Shown here piece after piece: positions 27,575 to 35,808 of a stretch of 64,000 nucleotides of DNA. The notes beneath the pieces are model-generated. The model did no database searches. It had not been told where the DNA came from and saw only the letters and a list, made by a program, of their open reading frames with translations. The first letter of the stretch is position 1. Every line of letters starts with the position of its first letter. This DNA comes from a virus, in the IMG/VR virus record IMGVR_UViG_3300005573_000057, positions 32,001-96,000 of that record; one strand, written 5' to 3'. Both the position numbers and the translations under genes were made by a program.

Positions 27575-28459
27575 TTAGTCCAAGATTTTTCGCATGAATG
27601 CCAAGCGATCTTGTTCTCCCATCCATACGAATTCTGATGCACGTTCCTCAATTTGTTCAATGAGAGGAACAAATCTAAAGTCGTGTATCAATTCTCGGAT
27701 TGTACCATCTTTCAGTTTGTTTATCAATCGTCCCGACTTCATCCTGGCCAACTTTTTCAAAATCAGGTAGTACGGAGTCTTAAGCTTGAGAGCGTTTCCT
27801 TTCGAATCATACGCAACATAGCCTTCGTAACGCATGGAATCGGCCTCTCTAATAAAATCACCCCATTTACCACTTAAAATAACAGGGGAAAACACATTGT
27901 CGATTTCAAACGGGTTATAGATGTATTCACCACTTTGAATGTTTCGCTTACCCAAATAGTGTACCCCATCTGTTTCAACGATGATGTGAGGATCAATCTT
28001 GCTACACACTTCAAATAGGTAAGTCCATCCTTCTTTCAATTGATCTTCACAAATATAACACTTCAAATATTTCTCTGCCAGATTTGCATAATCGCTATCC
28101 AAAGATCCAGTTGTCGAAACAAGGAGTTTCCCTTGATACATTGTTGCTGCTGCCATGAACCCATTGACTTTTCTGACAACAGATACGGGTTCGTCATAAT
28201 GAAAATCCACCGGAGAAACGCCGTTGTTTGACTCACCGCGATTGAACATCTTCTTGAATGGGCGAGACACGATGTTGAAGTCTTGATCAATCACAAGTCC
28301 ACGAATCTCAACAAGGATTTCATCCCAAATGCAATTCCACATGGCCGCATTTTTGTATTTGAGAACACTCAGACCAGGGTATCGTTTCGAATGGTTAGCC
28401 CTTACCAATTTTGGATGGTCTTGGACATATTTCTTGAGAATTTCTGGAGTTAGATTCAT
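27575..28459 (-). CDS. rnlA: RNA ligase 1 family
   Basis: EIRGL, RPFKKMFN, KVNG (motif I), FEV, EGYV, KLKTPYY. Confidence 0.82.
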   Translation of the reverse strand: MNLTPEILKKYVQDHPKLVRANHSKRYPGLSVLKYKNAAMWNCIWDEILVEIRGLVIDQDFNIVSRPFKKMFNRGESNNGVSPVDFHYDEPVSVVRKVNGFMAAATMYQGKLLVSTTGSLDSDYANLAEKYLKCYICEDQLKEGWTYLFEVCSKIDPHIIVETDGVHYLGKRNIQSGEYIYNPFEIDNVFSPVILSGKWGDFIREADSMRYEGYVAYDSKGNALKLKTPYYLILKKLARMKSGRLINKLKDGTIRELIHDFRFVPLIEQIEERASEFVWMGEQDRLAFMRKILD

Positions 28460-29412
28460 GATGCTTCCCTGAATTCGCCGTTTTCATCAAGCGTGTAGTA
28501 AACGTTTGGCTTGATACCGTTTTCCCCAACTTTGCTGGCCCGGATATGACGAATTTTACCACAATCATCATAATTAACCAAAACAATTGCTCCGGTAATT
28601 TCGGACTTTGCTTTTGAAAACCCCCCAAAAGATGCTGCAATTCCATTTTTACCACTGTTGATGGCTGTGCCGTTATAGGCATTATTGATGGCTGCGCCTC
28701 TATCCCCACTATTGATGGCTGTACCTCTATGGCCGCTATTGGTAGCTGCGCCCGCATAACCCCTATTGCTGGCTGCGCCCGAAGTACCAGTATTAGTGGC
28801 TGCGCCTTCATAACCATCGTTGCTGGCTGCGCCCTCATAGCCACTGTTGGTAGCTGCGCCTCTGTCCCCACTGTTGGTGGCTGCGCCTCTGACCCCACTG
28901 TTGGTGGCTGCGCCTTTATAACCATTATTGCTTGCTGCGCCGTTTTCGCCACTGTTGGTGGCTGCGCCAATGATCCCGGTGTTGGTGGCTGCGCCTCTTT
29001 CACCATTATTGGTAGCTGTGTACCCAAAGTCCCAATTGATAGCTACGCCATTTTTACTACTATTGATTGATCCCATTTCACTAAAATCACATCTATTTTT
29101 TGTATATGAAACTGCTGCATTGATAAGATCCGACAAATCGAGTGTTTCGACAACACGAATCGAAGAACTTACTGTCTTCGAGTCAAAGCTATGATCTTTT
29201 TCAATCTCCCCCGATTGTTCAACACGAGCAAACAAACTATCAGATGGATTGTAATAATTAAAAACATCAAGTGGATACTCGCATGCGTGGAACCCCGATT
29301 TGCAAGGAATAATTTCTCCTTCGTGATGGTACGTCTTTCCAACTTCATATTGAAAGCCAAAACATTGCATATTGCTATTAAACCCTTTATAACCAATGAT
29401 CTTTTTCATCAT
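28456..29412 (-). CDS. Phage protein with YKGF..C.GFQYEVG..CKSGFHAC head and Gly/Ala/Asn 11-aa repeats
   Basis: About ten GAATNSGxx-type repeats; KVGENGIKPNVYYTL tail. Confidence 0.8.
   Translation of the reverse strand: MMKKIIGYKGFNSNMQCFGFQYEVGKTYHHEGEIIPCKSGFHACEYPLDVFNYYNPSDSLFARVEQSGEIEKDHSFDSKTVSSSIRVVETLDLSDLINAAVSYTKNRCDFSEMGSINSSKNGVAINWDFGYTATNNGERGAATNTGIIGAATNSGENGAASNNGYKGAATNSGVRGAATNSGDRGAATNSGYEGAASNDGYEGAATNTGTSGAASNRGYAGAATNSGHRGTAINSGDRGAAINNAYNGTAINSGKNGIAASFGGFSKAKSEITGAIVLVNYDDCGKIRHIRASKVGENGIKPNVYYTLDENGEFREAS
28640..29060 (-). repeat. 33-nt coding tandem repeat array
   Basis: (g)gctgcgcc...ctgttggt recurs every 33 nt. Confidence 0.85.
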
Positions 29413-29678
29413 TTTCTGCCTTCTGCGACTGAACGCGCCGTTGCATAGAGAGGATTAGTTTCAAACAGAACAACTTTTCCCCTTTCGAAATAGTCTGTAA
29501 TTATGTCTGTGTTGTTTATGTAGTCGCCAGATCCGGCAAACACCTTTCCCAACGCACCATCGTAGTCTTTGGCGTAGATAGTGACGCACTTCCGACCGTC
29601 GATACGGTTATCGAGCGAGTAGAAAACACGCGCAGAGTTTTCGCCGTTTTTGACACAAAATTTGAGAAATTTGATCAT
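29409..29678 (-). CDS. Hypothetical early protein
   Basis: AGGAG ribosome-binding site and TTGACA-N17-TATACT promoter upstream. Confidence 0.7.
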   Translation of the reverse strand: MIKFLKFCVKNGENSARVFYSLDNRIDGRKCVTIYAKDYDGALGKVFAGSGDYINNTDIITDYFERGKVVLFETNPLYATARSVAEGRK

Positions 29679-29707
29679 GATGAAATCTCCTATCAAACAC
29701 ACGCCTA

Positions 29708-29737
29708 TAGTATACCACCAAAATTTCGCTTGTCAAG
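29708..29737 (-). promoter_or_regulatory. Sigma70-type early promoter
   Basis: Reverse complement: TTGACAagcgaaattttggtggTATACT. Confidence 0.75.
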
Positions 29738-29740
29738 CAC

Positions 29741-30217
29741 TTATTGATCTACATCCGACTCGTAAAACTTAAGCAAGTCGTTGACTTGCTCAACAAATTT
29801 GTCATGAGGAACCATTTTTTGACGCATTCTGTTCATCGTTTCAACCGGAACACCATGAATACTTCCATAGTCGCCAGTGACAGTCAAAACCTCTACATGA
29901 TAGCCAAAAGACGCAGCAAATCGAATGTAAGAATCAATTTCTTTGATTGTTAGACTGGTGTTAGACAACACTACCCAATCCACATCGTTTTTCATATCAT
30001 CTAGTACAGCAATCTGATTCTGATTATGATACAAACCAAGCTTGCTTGCATCAAACTCATACTTTCCATCATTCATGAAATACATATCGGTTTCACGAAT
30101 CTGGATGCTGTAGCCACGTAGAGCCGATATGCGGGCTAAATCATGGGAAAGCGTGGACTTCCCACTTCCGGGGAGACCACGAATAATGATGAAAGTTTTC
30201 TTTGGGAAATCGTACAT
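29741..30217 (-). CDS. P-loop kinase (AAA_33 / polynucleotide-kinase-like)
   Basis: RGLPGSGKST, ETDMYF, SNT, SIHGVP.ET..RM. Confidence 0.82.
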   Translation of the reverse strand: MYDFPKKTFIIIRGLPGSGKSTLSHDLARISALRGYSIQIRETDMYFMNDGKYEFDASKLGLYHNQNQIAVLDDMKNDVDWVVLSNTSLTIKEIDSYIRFAASFGYHVEVLTVTGDYGSIHGVPVETMNRMRQKMVPHDKFVEQVNDLLKFYESDVDQ

Positions 30218-30252
30218 GACCAACACTCCTTCACGCGAATTGTACACAACAG

Positions 30253-30508
30253 TTGACATCCTCCCCTCCCTAAAGAAAGGGGATTCCTACGGCGTTTAGC
30301 ACAAAATATGCCAAATCGCTTCGGTGGGTTCCTGCTTCGCAGAACGGCCTTGATGCACCGATTCTCCACAGGCTAACCGGGCGTGTCCCGCCCTTAAAAC
30401 TTACAACTAGACCTTATTATACTTGCTCTATGATTCAAAAGCAACAACAGATTTGTCGTTTGTGTTATTGACCACGCTATGAATGGCGGGGTCTGTCGCC
30501 CAACGAAG
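30253..30508 (-). mobile_element. Non-autonomous TnpB-family mini-element encoding a stand-alone omegaRNA
   Basis: Both ends, the promoter and the 3' omegaRNA region align with 54883-56242; follows TTGAT; ends in GTCAA; no ORF. Confidence 0.88.
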
Positions 30509-30585
30509 ATCAACCAATTTCAACGCTTTGGACAATTGACTCACGATTTTTCCTCGAATCCCGGCACGAAGACCGGGATAATTGA

Positions 30586-30744
30586 TTATTGCTGTTTGAC
30601 CCAATCCATAGCAGCAGATTCCGTATCGAATCGGTCAGACGTTTTGTTCAAAAACGCATGTTTTGCATAGAAATAGCCGTGTTCCTTGATAACCTTCCAG
30701 ACTTTTTGTGAATTAACGCGCTTAATGGTTTGTAGTGAGTGCAT
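30586..30744 (-). CDS. Hypothetical protein
   Basis: AAGGA ribosome-binding site; short ORF. Confidence 0.55.
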   Translation of the reverse strand: MHSLQTIKRVNSQKVWKVIKEHGYFYAKHAFLNKTSDRFDTESAAMDWVKQQ

Positions 30745-30770
30745 AATGTTTCCTTTGGTAAATGAGATAG

Positions 30771-30992
30771 TTAGAACCAACCGAGAATGCCACCAAGAGG
30801 CATCGCAAAAATACCGATGATACGCAACAACATCAAAACGGTAACTGGAGAATTGGACAGGGCAAAATAAACAACATCAATGATGTTGTGAACATACCCA
30901 ATGAACAACAAAAATACGAACAACAGCCATGCAGTAATACCGACGGCCCCCAGAGAAGCAAGAGCGCCATAAAGCTTAATTTTCATCCTCAT
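30771..30992 (-). CDS. Small membrane protein
   Basis: Two hydrophobic segments; LRIIGIFAMPLGGILGWF. Confidence 0.7.
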   Translation of the reverse strand: MRMKIKLYGALASLGAVGITAWLLFVFLLFIGYVHNIIDVVYFALSNSPVTVLMLLRIIGIFAMPLGGILGWF

Positions 30993-31207
30993 TTCAATTC
31001 CTTTTGTTCAAGTCCAAACATTTTACACACTTCACGAATCGAGACTCGCTTTTGATCAACTTCCCATCGAAAATGAACAGCACGTTTTCCATCTGTTTTC
31101 GTTAACACACTATAGCACCTAAACCGCTTGCCGTCAACTGTTTCAAACGCATTTCCGATTTGTGAGGCACGTTCTCGCAACCCTTTGATTTTTTCCTTGT
31201 TATCCAT
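30989..31207 (-). CDS. Hypothetical protein
   Basis: GGAG ribosome-binding site; coupled to the next gene. Confidence 0.6.
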   Translation of the reverse strand: MDNKEKIKGLRERASQIGNAFETVDGKRFRCYSVLTKTDGKRAVHFRWEVDQKRVSIREVCKMFGLEQKELK

Positions 31208-31293
31208 GTTCAATCTCCACAAATCCATTTTACCATCTTTGACCGCGTTGTCAATGCCTTTTCATCGACTATTTGCGTCACTTGTTGACAACT

Positions 31294-32340
31294 CTACTCA
31301 GATTGACCATCCGATACCCCCGCCAGTGTATTCAACTTTTGAAGGTAGAATTGACTTACCTTAGACGTTGCTCGTTTTGCAAACTTTTTCCATTCAATGC
31401 CATTCTCGACAAGTGTTGTCATTTCTTCCTTGGCCGCATCTTTCATGCATCGACCGATGAACATTCCTGTATCTTTAATCGTTGGAGTCGTTCCCAATTC
31501 GACCGCCATATCATCAAACATCTGATTCAACCGATTCTCGGTCATGACATAATCCACAGCTTCATCAATCTTGGCAATTTCTTCGACGTTGACAGCCGCT
31601 AGAGTCTTGACCTTTGATGCGGAGTGCTTTTCTCCCTTGACCTTGAACACCAATCGACCACCATCATAATCATGAACCCAAACGATTCCTTCACCAATAC
31701 CGTCCTTGCCAAAGTAAGCAGCAACCGGGCAGTGTTCCTCAACCGCAGTGGTCAGTTCTGCTAATTTGTTTTGCGATAATTGAGGATTTGCAAAGTCAAC
31801 GTCAATTTCGTATGTTTCAAATTGATGCACAAAATAAATCTTGTGCAAATTAGCCCATTCAGTCAGTTTTGTGTCAGAAGCAATCTCACTCAACTCGTCC
31901 TGAGAAAATGTGCGTTCAGTTCCACGATATTCTTGCACGATAGAGAAAATGACAAACATTTTTTCACATTGATTGATGCCGACTCCTTTTTGAATGTTTC
32001 CACCGCACCACTCTCCGTAAATCGTAAGTCGATCAAACTCTCCACTAAGCATATTGGCCAAGTCTTTGAAAACTTGTTCTTTTTGAGTGGCGAACAAACA
32101 AAATCCAGCATTATCTGATGTAAGCGTCAGGAAACGTTCTCTGGATTGATAGGACAACTCAAGAGGCAGTCCATTTCCCGGATTAAACACATTGACAGCC
32201 GCGTTTGTTCCGTGCAACTTAACAGTCCCACGGAACTTCAATTCCGGCAAAGGAAGTACACTTCCTTCGCTGTTCCTTTTCACATTAACGATCACATCAC
32301 GAAACTGTTCAATACTTGGAAATTTCTTAAATTCATGCAT
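31294..32340 (-). CDS. rnlB: RNA ligase 2 family
   Basis: KFPSIEQF, TVKLHGTN (motif I), YGEWCG, GEGIVW, FKVKGEKHS. Confidence 0.88.
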   Translation of the reverse strand: MHEFKKFPSIEQFRDVIVNVKRNSEGSVLPLPELKFRGTVKLHGTNAAVNVFNPGNGLPLELSYQSRERFLTLTSDNAGFCLFATQKEQVFKDLANMLSGEFDRLTIYGEWCGGNIQKGVGINQCEKMFVIFSIVQEYRGTERTFSQDELSEIASDTKLTEWANLHKIYFVHQFETYEIDVDFANPQLSQNKLAELTTAVEEHCPVAAYFGKDGIGEGIVWVHDYDGGRLVFKVKGEKHSASKVKTLAAVNVEEIAKIDEAVDYVMTENRLNQMFDDMAVELGTTPTIKDTGMFIGRCMKDAAKEEMTTLVENGIEWKKFAKRATSKVSQFYLQKLNTLAGVSDGQSE

Positions 32341-32761
32341 ATTGCGTGTGGAACCTCGGCTTTTATGCCGAGTAGGTAGAGCGCAGATTGCTTCGCAATC
32401 TTTGCTTTGTGGCGTACCTAAATCACTCTCCATTTTTGCCACAGTTGAATAGGTGGAGGCTTTTCACCCCGCTGGGCCGTGAGGCTCTGCCCGTAAGGGC
32501 CTAGTGACGGAGACCTTACGGCCTCGCTCCCCTCGGGAATGTTTGTAACCGGCTCCACCCTTTCGGATGCGGCTAGAACCTTCGGGCCTTTACCTTTGCC
32601 CAGCATGATCCCAACCTTCCAGTGTCCGGGACTGAGGAAGCATCCCGGAGTGGGTCTCAACGACCTGTTACAAACGTAGCGGGTTTTCACCGCTTTCCCT
32701 GGTCAACCTAGCTATCGACCTTACGGTCTCAAGCTCCGGCCCGAAGGCCGGGGTAGTTGAC
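32337..32761 (-). mobile_element. Non-autonomous IscB-family mini-element (omegaRNA plus both ends, iscB deleted)
   Basis: 32500-32761 aligns with 52910-53173; 32337-32453 aligns with 51472-51583. Confidence 0.9.
32490..32761 (-). ncRNA. Stand-alone IscB omegaRNA (HEARO-like)
   Basis: Near-identical to the omegaRNA upstream of iscB, with stem-preserving differences (aaccgtaaggtt/gaccgtaaggtc; ccggctttcgggctgg/ccggccttcgggccgg). Confidence 0.85.
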
Positions 32762-32794
32762 GCATATCCGGCTCCAAAAATTAAAAACATTGTG

Positions 32795-33034
32795 TCACGA
32801 GTTCAAAACTGGCGTAAAATCAACATACATTTCCGTTCCCGGAATGAAATCTTCTGCAACATCTTGTTTGAAAATCCACATTTCAATTGTACCAGAAGGA
32901 ACCAACTTGAAGGACTTTTCGTTTTCTTCACTGGTTTCTGCAACTGTCCTTAGTTTGACTTCGGTTCCACAAGTTGTGAACGTGATGTTATCGACTACAA
33001 ATTTCGCTCGTACTTTCATGATTGAATCCTTCAC
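32795..33034 (-). CDS. Hypothetical protein
   Basis: VRAKF...EENEKSF...PSGTIEM...F.PG.E.YVDFTP phage motif. Confidence 0.7.
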   Translation of the reverse strand: MKDSIMKVRAKFVVDNITFTTCGTEVKLRTVAETSEENEKSFKLVPSGTIEMWIFKQDVAEDFIPGTEMYVDFTPVLNS

Positions 33035-34560
33035 GCTTCCAAGAATGGCCTACCGCGCAATTCACCGATATGACCGCTTAGTGTTTTGGTTCCTTTCTCA
33101 ACCACCGTTGTATCGTCAATCTTTTCGTACTCGGTATCTTTTTTCCGCAGATCAGGAGAAATGAGCCGTACACGATGACCCCACAGAGACTTGATTGCTT
33201 CCAATGTATACAACGCATCCAAAGAGTCAAGTTTACGGGTTTCTTCTTTGTTTGTAAAGTGCTCCAAGAACAAAGTTCGATCCCCTTCTACATCAACCCC
33301 AACCACCTGAATGTCAGGAACCCGATATGATAGACTATGTTGCCTTGAAAGTCTAATCTTGAGTTCGTCCAACATGCGCCCGTTACGCGGAATTTCTCGA
33401 ACTTCAATCAAAGATTCATCGTTATTCATCGAAGTTCCAAACAAACCAAAGTCTTGAGCAACTTCCAACGACAAATATTGAGCAATAAACGATTCGTCAT
33501 TGAAGTTCTGCATTGCATAATTTACTTCGGTCTGCCAGTGTTTTCCAGCTTCTTCTGCTTTCTTCTTAATGTCCATGAACATCTTGAACCCGAACCTGTA
33601 TGGGTTCAGTTGTGATGTGTGCTTGTAAGAATGTTGCGTCAGCACTCCCGAATGACTTGCGTAGAACTCTAGCATAGATCCATCACTAATCAAACCCTTA
33701 TCGTACAACCGATGCATGATGTAGTAATGCGTAAAGGATGCGTAGCCTTCATGCACGATCTGCATTTGACGTTGCGGAAGAAAATATTGACTGATTTTCC
33801 GAACAATGCGGATAATCTCACGTTGCCACGGTTCAAGATTTGGGGCACGCTTTTCAATGAAGTACAGAATGTTTTCTTCTGGTTCCATGTATCCAGGATC
33901 ACGACCACCAACCACTCCATCATTTGCTTTTGAATGATCCATCAATGTATGATGCATCAAGTCAAATTCAGCGACCTTGTCTGTAAGCTTTTTAGGCGAT
34001 CTTTTGCCCCTGCGCCGATACTTATCCACCCCATAGATTTGAATGGCATGGCAAGCGTCCAAGACCCGTTCAACAGTATCTATACCATGTTCGGCTTCGC
34101 ACTTGGTAATGAACTTCTTTGCAAAATCAATGTATGGGATGATGCTTGTCGCATCCGTGTTCTCACGAAAGTAAACGTTGTTTTTATAGACAGCAGAATG
34201 CCCAACACTTGCATGAGCCATCACAAGCGTTTGCATCAAAGCATTGTTGCTTTCCATCAAATAGGCAATGCAAGGGTCTGAATTGATCACCATTTCATAC
34301 GCTAGGCCCATCTTCCCATTTTCATAGTCTTGTTTCTGCACAATGGCGGATTGTCCAAACGACCAGTGTTTGTACATCATTGGCATTCCAGTCGTCACAT
34401 AAGCTTCAAGCATCTGATCGGAAGAAATGATTTCAAACTGTGGCTCATAGTAAGAAATTTCTAATTCTTTTGCTATGATTTCGATTTCATGCCAAATTTT
34501 ATCAAGCATGTCTGGGTTCCAATCTTCCCCCGGTTGAAAAAGCAATTTCGACTTGGCCAT
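33031..34560 (-). CDS. spoVR: SpoVR/YcgB family protein
   Basis: GMP..YKHWSFG, LAYEMVINSDPCIAYLME, HASVGH, WQREIIRIVRK.SQYF.PQ, EGYASFTHY. Confidence 0.93.
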   Translation of the reverse strand: MAKSKLLFQPGEDWNPDMLDKIWHEIEIIAKELEISYYEPQFEIISSDQMLEAYVTTGMPMMYKHWSFGQSAIVQKQDYENGKMGLAYEMVINSDPCIAYLMESNNALMQTLVMAHASVGHSAVYKNNVYFRENTDATSIIPYIDFAKKFITKCEAEHGIDTVERVLDACHAIQIYGVDKYRRRGKRSPKKLTDKVAEFDLMHHTLMDHSKANDGVVGGRDPGYMEPEENILYFIEKRAPNLEPWQREIIRIVRKISQYFLPQRQMQIVHEGYASFTHYYIMHRLYDKGLISDGSMLEFYASHSGVLTQHSYKHTSQLNPYRFGFKMFMDIKKKAEEAGKHWQTEVNYAMQNFNDESFIAQYLSLEVAQDFGLFGTSMNNDESLIEVREIPRNGRMLDELKIRLSRQHSLSYRVPDIQVVGVDVEGDRTLFLEHFTNKEETRKLDSLDALYTLEAIKSLWGHRVRLISPDLRKKDTEYEKIDDTTVVEKGTKTLSGHIGELRGRPFLEA

Positions 34561-35795
34561 TACTTGATCCTTTTTGTAAAGAACTTCCTGAACAATGGGT
34601 ATACATCAGCGACGCCTTGCACCATCCCATACGTAAAGTTCTTTGACTTGACAAACTTCTTATAAGTTTGAAGTAAATTCGACTCGGCTAATGAACTTGA
34701 GGAAAACAAACTTAGAGTAGAATCCCCCCAATCAGTTGCCAGATCAATCTCGACATAAAATGCGTAATTGATCAGATCGAGAATTTCGTTCATTGTCTTA
34801 GCTGATTTTCCATCGTCATAAGGCATGTTGTCCCCATCAGACGCTTGTGCAAGATAGACGTTGCTTTTGCCTTTCAGTTTTTTCGCATACTCAAGTGCAA
34901 TCTTGAGCGCAGGGGATACCAGTGTACCACCACTATGCGTAGAATTGAAGAACTCGTTTTGATCAACAACATAAGCCTTATCAGTGTGAGAAATGAATAC
35001 AAGATCGACATTATCGTAATTGCGACGAACAAAATGATACAAAAGCCAAAAAAATCGTTTCGCCACACTCTTTTCATCGTCACCCATAGACCCACTTACA
35101 TCCATGACCATGATGACCGTAGCATGGGTTGACGGTATGGTTTCGATCTTGGATGACCTATAGCGCAAATCCATATCTTCAAACAGCGGAACTTCTTCAA
35201 TGCGGGTCTGAATTTCTTTTCTTTCTTCTTCGGTCAAATTTTCATCAGCAAGTTCATCTTCAATTATACCACGCAGAACCAACTGGCGAGTGAATCCATT
35301 GATGTATGACCGGACGATATGCAGGCGCGACGGGGTTCCTTCTGTCTGAAACCCTGCATTTGTGCGTCTTGTTTCCTCAACTTTTGAAAGTTCCTGTCTA
35401 ACAAGATCAGGCAGTTCCATCCCGTCAAAGAACAAATCCAGAAATTCTTCGGCACTCAAATGCACACTGAATTCATCACCTTCACCAGCATCATCCCCAC
35501 CACTACCACCGCTTCGATCAATGTGAAGCACATCCCCAGGAACAAACTGATCATTTCCAGGGAGAACCAAATCCCACGATCCACTTCCGTCACGATGGAT
35601 GTTTGGTTCTCGCATCAGCTTGTCCCAGGGAACTTTTACGTCAACTCCTTTTTTCCCAATGTCCTGAATGTCCTGATCTTTGATAGCATCATTCACCCGC
35701 TGCTTCATGACTCCCCGAATGCGCCGCAAGTAACGCTCACGCGAACTAATGGTTCTATCCGGGGTAGCCCTACGTCTATCAATGATGATTGCCAT
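34560..35795 (-). CDS. yeaH: YeaH/YhbH (DUF444) vWA-like protein
   Basis: IIDRR, PGNDQF..GD, MDVSGSM, SGGTLVS, QASDGDN. Confidence 0.92.
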   Translation of the reverse strand: MAIIIDRRRATPDRTISSRERYLRRIRGVMKQRVNDAIKDQDIQDIGKKGVDVKVPWDKLMREPNIHRDGSGSWDLVLPGNDQFVPGDVLHIDRSGGSGGDDAGEGDEFSVHLSAEEFLDLFFDGMELPDLVRQELSKVEETRRTNAGFQTEGTPSRLHIVRSYINGFTRQLVLRGIIEDELADENLTEEERKEIQTRIEEVPLFEDMDLRYRSSKIETIPSTHATVIMVMDVSGSMGDDEKSVAKRFFWLLYHFVRRNYDNVDLVFISHTDKAYVVDQNEFFNSTHSGGTLVSPALKIALEYAKKLKGKSNVYLAQASDGDNMPYDDGKSAKTMNEILDLINYAFYVEIDLATDWGDSTLSLFSSSSLAESNLLQTYKKFVKSKNFTYGMVQGVADVYPLFRKFFTKRIK

Positions 35796-35808
35796 GACAA
35801 GGGTTCCT

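Noticed and set aside
28395-29027. Alternate-frame 210-aa AQPPT-repeat ORF
   Set aside because: Shadow of the 33-nt repeat in the real gene 28456-29412.
32418-32690. ORFs 32418-32690 and 52904-53122 as a protein family
   Set aside because: Their similarity comes from the shared omegaRNA; substitutions preserve stems rather than codons.
32337-32761. Group I intron / IStron interpretation of the insertion in rnl2
   Set aside because: The whole length is accounted for by omegaRNA plus IS ends, and I see no group I core. RT-PCR would settle it.
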